Of a stretch of DNA of 64,000 bases, positions 26,325-38,366 are shown piece after piece. A program made the translations under genes and the position numbers. Positions within the stretch are counted from its first letter, which is position 1. The number at the start of each line of letters is the position of its first letter. The stretch is taken from positions 66,652,001 to 66,716,000 of the forward strand of contig NC_086097.1 in the NCBI RefSeq assembly GCF_963921235.1, written 5' to 3'. The notes beneath the pieces are model-generated. The model made no database searches and had not been told where the DNA came from. It saw nothing but the letters and a program-made list of their open reading frames with translations. Source of the DNA: Mobula hypostoma (taxonomy: Eukaryota).

Positions 26325-26750
26325 TCTCAGCGGTGGCTCAGTGATTCTTGCCTCGGAATGTGAAAGTCGTGTGTTCAAGTCTCAGTCTGGAGACTTCAGC
26401 ACTTAGGAGCTACTGTGTTTATGGAAGAGAGATGTTGAAGTATTTTTCACCTGTAATTGCAGTGATATATGCAATGGTTTAAACTTGACCGCTTTTGGAG
26501 GAACATGTCAAACAGTCAAATTTTATCATGAGTGCACATGTCTTTAACATAAGATGATATTCCTGGTGCCCAGTTCTGATACCCAGAGAAATTGCAATGT
26601 ATTATCTGATCTTTATCATATTAATATGTGTGAGAGCTTGCTGTGGGGACTTTGGCTAATATGTTTTTTTTGTTCATTGGAATAATAGGTCTCTGATTAT
26701 AAAGCTCTTGAGGAAAGGGACATAAGGTACCGCAGAAATACACATCTTAT
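26325..26750 (+). mobile_element. Old tRNA-headed Deu-domain SINE (SacSINE1/AmnSINE-related)
   Basis: Head gtggctcagtgattcttgcctc...gtgttcaagtc...ggagacttcagcac; core attatctgatctttatcatatt...gtgtgagagcttgctgtg...ttggct resembles the recalled Deu domain. Confidence 0.5.
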
Positions 26751-27504
26751 TAATTGCAGTTCACAGACTGAATTCTGTTTACTTTGAATATTCTCCCTCA
26801 AGCTGTTATTTTTGTAAGTCCTTTTGAATTATTGTAGAACCAGGGCATTTTCTTCTATTGCTGTATGATTTAGGCTGCGTGCATACATAAGGCATCAGTT
26901 AAATTCATTTTGGAATGGTGATAAATTATCTGATTCACATAAAAGTTACCTTTTATATAACTGAGACTATTGAAATGTTTGGTGCCTTTATATTAGCAAG
27001 AATTCAATCTGGTCACAGTATATTATTATTTCACCGCATGGATTTTTCTTACCATGCCTCTCTCTAATTTTATGGTATATTTGGTTGACTTAAGTGTAAT
27101 TGGAAGGATAGAAACTGTTTTCTTCATTTCCTTGTTCACAGCTCTACTGGCACCAAGAACAGGAATGAAAGCAATGCACAAATTCTGTCAACCAAGTCAT
27201 TGAAAGAACCATGCTGACAGCAAGCATAGAGGGCGCACATAAAGCACTTAAAACAAAATTTAAGTTGCTCGAAATTTTATACAATTAAATTGATACAAAA
27301 CTCGATCATGGCAGTAACATTAGTGACTGGAGCATTCATCTTTTAGCTGGTCACCCACAAAATATTAAGGTTATTTTCCTTTTATTCCTTGGCCCATCAT
27401 GTCAGCTCAATGTTTAGCTGAATGAGTTTTATTAGCCTTAATTCAGATCAAATGAGAAAAAAAGCATTCTGTGCTAAATATCAAGAAGAGTAAAGGGAAG
27501 ATGA

Positions 27505-28645
27505 CATGCTCTCAATCTCCTTAACAACTTTCAACTCCCTGGCCCTGATCGCCTCATTTTCACCATGGATGTCCAGTCTGTATACACTTCTATCTTTCAT
27601 CAAGAAGGCCTTAAAGCTGTCCCTTCTTTTTTGACAACAGACCCGGCTAGTTCCCCTCCACCACCACCACCACCCTCCATCTAGCTAAACTGATTCTCAC
27701 ACTCAACAATTTCTCTTTTGGCTCCTCTCATTTTCTCCAAACTTAAGGTATAGCCATGGGCACCTGCATGGGCCCCAAGTATGCCTGCCTTTTTGTTGGC
27801 TACATGGAACAATCTATGTTCCAAGACTTCCATGGTACTTCTCCCCGACTCTGTCTGTGCTACAGTGAAGACTGCATTGGTGCTGCTTCATTCACCCATC
27901 CTGTGTTTGTCAATTTCATCAACTTTGCTTCTAACTTCCACTCTACCCTTAAAGTTAATTGGTCCATTTCTGACCCCTCTCTCCTCTTTCTCGATCTCTC
28001 TGTCTCCATCTCTGGAGCCAAACTACCTACAACATGTTTTATAAAATTGCTGATTCCAATGGCTATCTTGAATATACCTCTTCCCACCCTGTCTCCTATA
28101 AAAATGTTATTCCCTTTTCTCAGTTCCTTCAACTCAATCTGCATGTCCCCCAGATTAGGCTTTCCTTTCCAGGATATCAGAGATATCCTCTTTCAAAAAA
28201 AGGGGGTTTCCCTTCCTCCAACATTGATGCTGCCCTCACCCACATCTCCTCCATTTCCCGAACATCTGCCCTCACCCCACTTCCTGCAGCCGTAATAGAA
28301 CAGATTTCCTCTTGTCCTCACCTATCTATCACATCTTCCTGGTGCCTCTCCTCCTTCCCATTCTCCCATGGTCCATTCTCCTCTTCTATCAGATTCCATC
28401 TTCTCCTGCCCTTTACTTTTTCCACCTATCACCTTCTAGCTTTGAACCACCCACCCACCTGGCTTCACCTATCATCTTATAGCTTGTAGCCCTTCCCCTC
28501 TCCTCACCTACTTATTCTGACTTCCTTCCCCCTTCCTTTCCAGTCCTGATGTAGGGCCACAGCCCAAAATGCCAACCGTTTATTCATGTTATAGATGCTG
28601 TCTGACCTGCTGAGTTCCTCCAGCATTTTGTGTGTGTGTGTGTTA
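27505..28645 (+). mobile_element. Penelope-like element: RT fragment, internal deletion, 3' pseudo-LTR
   Basis: FTMDVQSVYTSI and GIAMGTCMGPKYACLFVGYMEQ (ORF 27756) are Penelope RT motifs. Ends cagtcctgatgtaggg...cccaaaatgcc...cagcattttgtgtgtg. Confidence 0.85.
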
Positions 28646-28949
28646 CAAGAGAAAATGACATTATCCAGGTCTCCACACAATCTAAAGCAATTTCACCAAA
28701 AATCAATTTCCAATTTAACAGTCATGGACATGCTAGCACCTTAACTCCAAAGCTTGTTGGAGATCAAGTTTCGAATCTAGGCTATTTACTACAGAAGGCA
28801 CCTGACCTCAGCATGATGGTGCTCACTTGAAACACTGGTAAATGGCAAATTGGTTTATTATTGTCACATACAATGACAACCTTTGTTTTGCATGCCATCA
28901 TTGACGCCCCCCCCCAATTATATCTCCCTACTCAATATATTGTGATGTA

Positions 28950-30219
28950 CAATCAGTGACCACTTTATTAGCTACCTCCTGTACCTAATACAGTGGCCAA
29001 TGTGTGCATGTTTATGGTCTTCTGCTGCTGTAGCCCATCCACTTCAAGGTTCAATGTGTTGTGCTCTCCTGCAGACCACTGTTGCAATGCTTGGTTATTT
29101 GAGTTACTGTCAACTTCCTGTTAGCTTGAACCGGTTTGGCCATTCCCCTCTGACCTCTTTCATTAACAAGGCGTTTTCACCCACAGAACTGCTGCTCACT
29201 AGATATTTCCTGCACCATTCTCTGTGAAGCCCTTTCTTACTGGGCGTCTCTGGAAATGTGGCTCATTAGCCCCTTGCTAACAGCCATTGGATTCCACTGC
29301 AATAAGCCCACCATTCTTCGGCTTCATAAATCTAAGGTGTATATGACTTTAGTCCTGCCAAATCCATGAGATTGGGATGTCTCGCCCACCCAAACTCCAG
29401 TTTGTGTGAACGCTTTGTGATTAACTGCCCTGCAATAGCCAGTCAGAATGAAATAACAGGTCACACACTGCATACAATTATAAAGAAGTATATTTGTGAA
29501 CGTTAACTTAAACAAAGAATTAGTAAAGAAAAGAAAGAAGAAAAACAAACAGGCCCATTATAATTAAATGGTCAAATGTGCACAGGGTGGATCTCTAATC
29601 TTCCGAAAGCCATATTCACTGATCCTCGGTAGACCTCTGCACCTGGGCTCCATCAAATCGCGTTTTCCCACCAGATCGAATCCTACGACCACTTCTCTCC
29701 AGCGTCTTCTCAATCATCTCCCGCTGCAAAAAAGACAAAGACCCACCACTGGTGACAGTCACAAAACCGCTTCCCCCAGCCTTCTCTAGAACCTCCTCCC
29801 CGTTCCACTCTCCTGATTGGATGGCCAACATTCCCAAGCATCCCTTATCTCCGACAGTAACCCAAACACTGCTTCTACAGAAAAACCATTACATGAAATA
29901 CCCTGCAACACGAGCAGTAAAACGTTTAGCAGGGTGTTACATCTGTAAAACTTAAAGACTGCTGTGTGTGAAAATCCCAGAAGATCAACAGTTTCTGAGA
30001 TACTCAAACCACCCTGTCTGGCACCAGCAATCACTCCATGGTCAAAGTCACTTAGATCACATTTCTTCCCCACTCTGATGTTTGGTCTGAACAACAACTG
30101 AAGCTCTTGACCATGTCTGCATGCTTTTATGCATTGAGTTGCTGCCACGTGATTGGCTGATTAAATATTTGCATTAACAAGAAGATGTACAGGTGTACCT
30201 AATAAAGTGGCCACTGTTG
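28950..30219 (-). mobile_element. Non-autonomous Tc1-like element carrying a solo LTR
   Basis: TA-flanked TIRs caatcagtgaccactttattag / ctaataaagtggccactgttg; ORF 29786 VGKKCDLSDFDHGVIAGARQGGLSISETVDLLGFS. Confidence 0.85.
29225..29941. mobile_element. Solo LTR (717 bp)
   Basis: TG...CA termini and 4-bp TSD tctg (29221-24, 29942-45); removal restores the Tc1 sequence cattctctgtaaa. Confidence 0.75.
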
Positions 30220-30582
30220 TACATTATTGCTGCACTTGTCGCAATAGTGAATTGGCCACAAAGAGACAGAATAGTCATTCAACCTTTAAAGCTATTCCAC
30301 AGTAGTTTACATTTGAAGGGTTACGATTATCTGAGGAAAGTGCATTGGTGCAGAGCTGTCATTTGCTACAGAGATGTAGAAACCATTTAAATAATTAGGA
30401 GCAGGAATTCATTCACTGAAGTTTCATTATCTGCTGAATATGGGAGGATCTACAAAGTGTTGTGAGGAAGAATATGCATATCTGATTTCTCCTAGCTGAT
30501 TACTGGTGATAACAATTGGAGTGTGAAGAGGGTCACTTGGTTTACATTGATCTCACATGAAATGTCATGTGTCATGGTGATT

Positions 30583-33496
30583 TTAGATTAGATTAGATTC
30601 AACTTTATTGTCATTGTGCCGAGTACAGATACAAAGCCAATGAAATACAGTTAGCATCTGACCAGAAATGCAAAGAATAGTGTTGTTTACAAAATAACTG
30701 TGAATAAAAAGTAAGTGCTACAGCACACAAAATATAGAAGTACTGAGACAGTACAATATGGGTGCAATACTGCTTAGCATTGTGATGAGAGGTTCAGCAG
30801 GGTCACAGCCTCAGGAAGAAGCTCTTCCTGTGCCTGCTGGTGCGGGAGCGGAGGCTCCTGTAGCACCTACCGGATGGGAGGAGAGTAAAAAGTCCATGGT
30901 TAGGGTGAGATGCATCCTTGATAATGCTTTTTGCCCTGCCCAGGCAGCGTTTATGGTAGATGTTCTCAATGGTGGGCAATTGGGTGCTGATAATCTGCTG
31001 GGCAGTTTTCACCAAACGCTGGAGTGCTTTGCGGTCTGATATGGGACAATTGGCATACCACACTGAGATGCAGTTGGTGAGTATGCTCTCAATGGTACAG
31101 CGGTAAAAGTGCGTCAGTATCCTGGGACAGAGGTGAGCTTTCTTGATGCTCCACAGGAAATAAAGGTGCTGTTGTGCCTTTTTGATCAGAATGGAGGAGT
31201 TCAGGGACCAGGTGAGATCCTCAGAAATGTGGACACCAAGGAATTTGGAGCTTGATATATGCTCTACTACAGCTCCGTTGATGTAGATGGGGACGTGAGT
31301 GTGGCTCCTAGCATGCCTGAAGTCCACAATGATCTCCTTTGTCTTCTGGGTGTTAAGGACCAGGTTGTTGTCAGCATACCACGCGGCCACGTGCTGGACC
31401 TCGTCCCTGTAGGCCATCTCGTCATCCCCTCTGATCAGGCCAACCACCGTGGTGTCGTCTGCGAACTTGATTATGGAGTTAGAACTATGTACAGGAACAC
31501 AGTCATAGGTGAAAAGGGAGTACAGAAGAGGGCTCAGCACACAGCCTTGAGGCATGTTTGTGTTCAGGGTGAGAGTGGAGGAGGAGAGGTTGTCTAACTT
31601 AACCGTTTGAGGTCTGTTAGTCAGAAAGTCCAAGGTCCAACTGCAGAGGGATGAGCTGATACCAAGCTGGCAAAGTTTGGCGATCAGCTTGGAGGGGATC
31701 ACAGTATTGAATGCCAAACTAAAGTCAATGAACAGCATTCTGACGTAAGAGTTGGGGCTGTCCAGGTGGGTCAGGGCAGAGTGAAGTGCTATGGAGATGG
31801 CGTCCTCTGTAGACCTGTTGGTGAGATAGGCAAATTGATGGGGGTCCAGGGTAGTGGGCAGACAGGATTTCAGATGTGATAGAACCAGTCTCTCAAAGCA
31901 CTTTGCAATGATGGGGCTGAGTGCAACTGGACGGAAGTTATTCAGGCCCGTGGCAGTGAAATGCTTTGGCACTGGCATGATGGTGGCGATCTTGAAACTT
32001 GTGGGGACAACTGCCTGTGCCAGGGACAGATTAAAAATGTCCGTGAAGACCCTGGCCAACTGCACTGCACAGACTCTGAGCACACGGCCAGGTATTCCAT
32101 CTGGACCAGCTGCCTTCCGTACATTCACCCTGCTCAGGGTGGCGCAAACATCGGAGGTGGGAAGTGAGAGAGGCAGTTCACCAGGTGGGAGATCGGCTTT
32201 GAGGGTGACCTCCTTGTTCTCTCGGTCAAAGTGAGCATAGAAGTAATTGAGCTCATCAGGGAGGGAAGCAGAGCTGGAAGGGGGCACAGACTAGGTGGTC
32301 TGAAGTCTATAATGACCTGCATGCTATGCCACATGCGCCGGGGATCCGAGGAGTTGAAATGCTCCTCGATTCTCTGTTTGTATAAGTGTTTAGCCTGAGA
32401 GATTCCCTTCCTCAGGTTGGCCCTGGGTGAGCTGTAAGCCTCCCGGTCTCCAGACCTGAAGGCTGAATCTCTGGCTTTGAGCAGGAGGTGAACTTCTCTG
32501 TTCATCCATGGTTTCTGATTGGGGAAAACTTATATTTGTTTTTGTGATGTCACTCTATCTACACACTTGTTGATGTGTTCAAGGACAGAGTTGGTATATA
32601 AGTCAATGTTAATCTGAGAGTCTGTGGTGGCATGGGCAGCAAACTGTGTGCTGGAATTGGTGCTGAAGAGCAGAGTCAGCACCCTCCAGCCAGATCTTTA
32701 TAGTCTTCATTGTGGTTTCACAGGTTCAATGACTGGGCTATACTTGAGAAGCAGAAACACTGAAAGATGGTTGGACTGTCCCAGGTGGGGGAGGGTAGTG
32801 GCTTTGTAAGCATCAACCACATTTGTGATCTAAGGTTTTATTACCCCTTGTGCTGCACGATACATTTTGGTAAAATCTTGAAAGCACGGTACGTAGGTTA
32901 CAATGAATTAAAGTCCCCAGCGACAATAAATGCTCCATCTGGATGCAATGTCTGCAGCTTGCTAATAGCAGCACTGAGGTCTTTTATGGCTACTTTAGCA
33001 TTAGCATCCGGTGGAACATAAACTGCGACAGCAATGATGCATGTAAACTCTCGAGGTTGATAAAAATGTCTGCACTTAATAATCAGGTATTCCACATCAG
33101 CAGAGCAGTAAGTGCCAGCAATGGTAGAGTTAGTACACCATGATCGATTCACGTAGATGCATAAACCACCTCCCCTACTTTCACCTGTCGCTGTTGCAGC
33201 TCTGTCAGCCCTGAAGACCGTGCACCCTTCCAGTTCCAGCACGTTGTTTGGGACATCACTGTTTAGCCACGTCTCCGTAAAAAACATGACGTTGCAATCC
33301 ATAAGCCTTCTTTGTGTGAGTGTCCAAGTCCTTAGTTCGTCCGGCTTGTTTATCAGAGACCGAGCATTGGCGAGAAAGATGCTAGGTAGTGCTGGCCTGT
33401 GTGGATTTAGCTTGGCCTAGCACACAAACCTCCATGCTTCCCCCGTCTTCGTTTACGGTCTCAACACTGGCACCGGGCCCTTCTGGTCAGAGCGAG
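30583..33496 (-). mobile_element. Rex1/Babar LINE (APE endonuclease + RT), frameshifted, with (TCTAA)n tail
   Basis: EN ORF 32898-33302 (FTETWL, GGGLCIYV, VAGDFN), linker 32134-32505, RT 30803-32287; tail ttagattagattagattcaactttattgtcatt. Confidence 0.92.
30803..32287 (-). pseudogene. Reverse transcriptase portion of Rex1 ORF (494 aa open, separated from EN by frameshifts)
   Basis: [40 protein letters not shown] and FADD motifs. Confidence 0.9.
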
Positions 33497-34278
33497 TTAG
33501 ACTTAGAAAAACCTGGAACTTATCGTCAGAGATGTGATCTGGACCTCAAGATCTAGTTGTGGGCCTATTGCTTTTGTCTTCTGTCCTAATTTCCTTGGTG
33601 GCTAGATGCTTAGGTTTATAACCACTAACTACCCCTTGAATGCCTCGCTCAGCAACTACGTTCTGAAAAGTTCAGTCAATCTTATCTGGAGCTTGGCCAT
33701 CTACCCATTTAGGTTTCCCTTTCTCAAAATGGCAATCAGTAGCAAGCAAGCAGATGTGCTCCTGGTTCTTCTGACACTGTTCCATGGTGGTCATTGTGTT
33801 GTGCTTTGAGCTGTAGGGTTATGTTGGTATGGGCAGAAACATGTGTTAAACAAGTAATATCACCACTAATTGAGTATCTGACACAAGAATATGTGTGATT
33901 TGAATCTCACACCTATCTCGCATGCATAAATACCCTGTTTATTTCTTTAAATGGTATGACTTTATCTGAAAATGATCACTGCTATGATTTCCCCCAGATA
34001 AAATCCATTTTGGATCACAGAGCACCTAAAAAGCTAGTGCTACCCAAATCAGATTTAGGTAGTTTTATTCATGTGAGAAATCAGAAACTTGGCTTCCAAA
34101 AAACTCTTTTGTCAATTGTTGAAGATAAAACAAAGCAGCCCTAAATAATGGCGATACAGGTAAGGGAGATCAGAACTCTGCAAAACCACTGCTGTAATTT
34201 GAAAGATTGATGGTAGGAGGATGAGACTTCAAGAATATCTCTGTCCACAGTGAGGTCAGGTCCCAGTATATGATTTCT

Positions 34279-34545
34279 CTTTTTTTTGGCGTGTGCCTGC
34301 GTGCGTGCGTCCGTGACGATGTCTTTTACAAGGCGCGGAGCGAGAGAGAGAGACTGTGTGACACACCACTCCTCACACAGACATTTTCACAGTGTTTTCC
34401 CTTCAGTTTACGAGGTCCAGTTGCGATCTCGACGCTCAACCCGGCACGAATGGAAAGCGTACTCGGGGGCGGACCCGACTAGTTTTGAACTCAGGAACCT
34501 CTGCTCCCGGGTCCGGCGCCGATGTTGTTGCACCACCAGCCGGCC
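34279..34545 (-). mobile_element. tRNA-derived SINE with long TSD
   Basis: Minus strand gggccggctggtggtgcaac (A box-like) and gagttcaaaac (B box-like), A-rich 3' end; 17-bp TSD cccagYatatgatttct at 34262-34278 and 34546-34562. Confidence 0.85.
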
Positions 34546-34589
34546 CCCAGCATATGATTTCTAAAGATAAGTCTGAAGCATGAAAACTG

Positions 34590-35470
34590 TGTTCTGATGA
34601 AAATATTAAACGAATGATGCATCTCAGCCTCCCCCTGAAATCTCACCTTCACAGAAGTCATATCCCAACCAATTTGATTCACTCCACGTCTCAAGATATG
34701 ACTGAGAGCACTGGATAGGACAAAGACCACAGGACAAGACAACATGCCAACTATAGTAAATTCTGGAAAGAGCTGCACCTCTAGCCAAGCAGTTACAACA
34801 CTCACATTTACCCAGTGGAGTAGAAAATTGCCCAGGAATATCCCATAGCAATAACAAGAATAGATCCATTCAGGCTGAATACCATCCATTCAGTCTGCCG
34901 AAAGGCTTCAGTAAAGTGATTAAAACAGTCATCAACTGTCCCATTGGATGGTTCAATTCAAATCAAGGGAAATCAAAGGAAAAACTCTTAGTGACTGGAA
35001 TCACGCCCTCCCCAAAGGAAGATGGTTGAGAACGCTTTGTCAAAAACCTTCATTGCATTATATAGGGTAAAGTGGAACCAAGTGGTCCTGGGAAAATATT
35101 AACTGGTGAATAGATTGTTGGTGAATAGATGTCACTTCATGAAACTTTCAGATGATGGCTTCTATTAATTGGGTTTATGATTGAAAGTAGACTGATTGGT
35201 CATTGGTTGGATTGGATTTCTCCCGCTTTTTGTGAACAGAGCTTAATAGTGCAATTTTTCATAATATGAGGTAGATGCCAATATTGTAACTGGATACTTA
35301 CAAAACAGTAATATCTTTGCTAGAGAGCTATTTCTGGAATGGGGGTATTCAGTATCAGAGCTGAGATGTTGACTGGTCCCATAGTGTTTTTGTCTCCGAA
35401 CCCAGCACTTTCAGCCATTATCAGATGAACTGAATCAAAATGGCTGGAAAGTGGCTTCTGTAATGGTGAA
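34590..35470 (-). mobile_element. Ancient degraded LINE remnant
   Basis: Weak resemblance to CR1/L2-type RT-proximal sequence (gaggtagatgccaatattgtaactggatact); no ORF remains. Confidence 0.35.
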
Positions 35471-36954
35471 TATATCAGAAGGAAGTCAATTGCATCTAAA
35501 AATAGTGTTAGTTTCCAATATTCTTCTCTAACTTAATATCACTTCTGTAGATTTATTTACTTGATTTATATTGTTGTAATCCAGAGCAAGTGGGGAAGCT
35601 TAATCCAAATAAATATTGATAATACAGAGACAACCTTATTTTATCTTAGATTCCCATAAAAAAAAAATCTGTCCCTTAATAACTAACACTAACTTTCTCC
35701 CTGGCAGCTGTCTGAAACTGATGCAGACTCTATGCAGCCAGGATAAGCTTTGTACCACATACATTATTGCCTGACATTGTCCAGTTTATTCACTACAGAA
35801 GCCCTCCTCTACATCTTTAATATCTCCATACTTCACTGCTGATCATCCTGCCCTGTTCAGTCTTCTGCAAAATACAAGTCTTTTGCAATATGGCAGCATC
35901 CCTGGAAAGAGAAACAGTTAACGTTTCTAAACTAAGGCCCATGTAGCAGACTGTTGCAGATTACACAGTTGTGCAATGAAGAATCATCTAGTGCCTCCAA
36001 TCGCGGAAACCCAGTGCTTTGCTTGGATCTGCTGAGAATGTTTAGTGCTTGCCTCAGTCAAGTGCTGTCTTGGTGTTAAAGTAGTCACTCTCAGCTCACC
36101 TCCAGCACTCAGCTCTTCTTGGACAAAGGCTCCAAGTCTACCCGGGAGTGGAAATCGAGGAAAAACTGCAGATGCTGGAAATCTGAAACTAAAAGAGAAA
36201 CAGAAAATGTTGGAAAATATTTCTTAGACAGGCAGTATCTATGGAAAGAGAAAAATATAAGTTGTCAAAACGAAGGATGATATGCCTATCTCTAGAAAGC
36301 TCCCTACCAACACTTCCAGTTATACAAACTTTTTAAATATAATCCATTAAATTATATTAAATTAATTTTAATGATTGTACAGAGGAAATATTAGTTGACC
36401 ACAGAGATACAACAATCTTTCAGGGCTATTATAGAGAAAAGGAGGGGTGATGCTGGATTCTGATGACTTTACCACCTCTCCTTATCGCTATAATCATCAC
36501 AAGTCTGTCATATTTCTGTCAGCAATTAATTTCTTCAGGTCAGTCTTTAAAATCAATTGCTCTATTGTTTGTAGCTGTGCCTTCGGATACTCAAGATCCC
36601 TAAACCCAATCTCTTTCACAAGTTTGTTCCCGTGGCCTGATGTGCCTTTCCGTGTGTGCATGTTCAAATTTCTTTCACGTTATCGTGAAATTCTAGGATG
36701 TGTTGCTGAGTTAGAGACACTACATAATGTGTTGCAGCACATTAAAGTCAATAGCGTAGAAGATAAAGTAACACTTTTGGGCATTGTACGTAAACACCAA
36801 ACACTGGCAAATACAGCAAAATTGTTATTCCAACAAAAGCAGGAAAGGATCCTATCTAATTAACAGAATCAGGTTCAGATTTATTATCATTAATATAGGA
36901 CATGATGATTGTTTGGTGGCAGCAGTAAAGTACAAAGAAAAATCTACAAATTAT

Positions 36955-37695
36955 AATCAAATCAAATCAAGTTTAATTATCATTCAAACCACACGCCAAT
37001 ACAGCCGAATGAGACAGTGTTCCTCTGGGGCCAAGGTGCAAAAACATACACATGCATTCAAAATAATGAGAAAGGGAAAAAAAGAACATAGTCACGTATG
37101 AAAATAAATTCTTAGCCTAAGTCCCTGAGCGACAAATCCCGCAAATTGATGGTTCCTGGCAGTCCAGCCTGTAATGTCATCGATCTAACACTGGAAGGCA
37201 CCATTGACATATGAGGCCACCCCCAGATGAGCCTGGACACCATGATACAAGGCAAGCCCGAGGACTGAGGCCTAGTTCTAGCTACAATGGAGGTGATATT
37301 GCTGTCTCTCCAGCAAACAAAGGAAGCAGGCCTGCAGCAATCAATGTCCAACGGGGTCTTGCGATCACAAAAGATATGTCCAAAACAGTCACTTACGTTT
37401 TCACTGCACGCCGCCTTTGCGCCAACTCAAAGGCACCAACTCCAGTGCCTCCTAGTAGCATGTGACCCCAATCCAACTCGACCTCCCTGGCCCAATGGCC
37501 GGTTCTTACGACACCCCAGCCAATTACTCCTAACAATGAGCAGCTCACTGATGCGGTGGATCTGCTGTATAGGTAGTTACTGGAGACAATAATACTCTTA
37601 CTATGTATAAAAGCACATTTAACAAGGTAAAAAGCACCTTTGGTTGGCCCCTGAGAGACCGCTGCGTGTATACATGCTGCCATCTTAGCGAAAAT
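36955..37695 (-). mobile_element. Non-coding retroposon with AAGATGGC head and (TTTGA)n tail
   Basis: Minus-strand head ttcgctaagatggcagc...acgcagcgg; plus-strand tail aatcaaatcaaatcaagtttaattatcattc. Homologous to 10640-11205. Confidence 0.65.
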
Positions 37696-38366
37696 AAACA
37701 GTGCAAAATTGGAATAACATGATAGAGTTCGTGAGTTCAAGGACCAATCAGAATCTGATGGTGGAGGGAAAGTAGCTTGTTCCTAAATCATTGAGTGTGG
37801 GTATTCATCTTCCTGTACCTCCTCCCTGATAGTAGCAATGGGAAGAGGGCATTTCCCAGATGATAAGAGTCCTTAATGATGGGTACCTTCTTTAGACACT
37901 GCCTCTTGAAGATGTCCTTGATGTTGGGGATGGTCGTGTCTGTAACCGAGTCATAATCTTCTGCAGCCTCTTGTGATCCGATGCATTAGTGCCTGCATGT
38001 CAGGCTCTGAGGCAACCTGTCAGAATGCTGTCCACCATACATCCATGTCAGAATCAGAATCAGGTTTAATATCACTGGCATACATCACAAAATGTGTTGT
38101 TTCGTGGCAGCAGTACATTGTGATACATAGTAATAAAAACTATAAATTGCAATTTTACAGTTTTGCTTTGACCCCAGCATCTGCAGAGTATTTTGTATTT
38201 ATAAATTGAAATTTGTACTTATTAAAAATAAATTCAATAAGTTGTCAAACAAGAGAGGGAGAAAATTACTGGAGTGTTCATGGGTTCGTTATTCATTCAG
38301 CTATCTCCTTAATGGTAGCAATGAGAAGAGAACATGTCCTGGATGATGGGGGTTCTTAACGATATA

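Noticed and set aside
30803..32287. Active autonomous reverse transcriptase gene
   Set aside because: RT is open but separated from the endonuclease by frameshifts and stops, and the element is 5'-truncated.
34440..34545. tRNA gene
   Set aside because: A/B boxes are degenerate, no convincing cloverleaf, and it is part of a TSD-bounded SINE.
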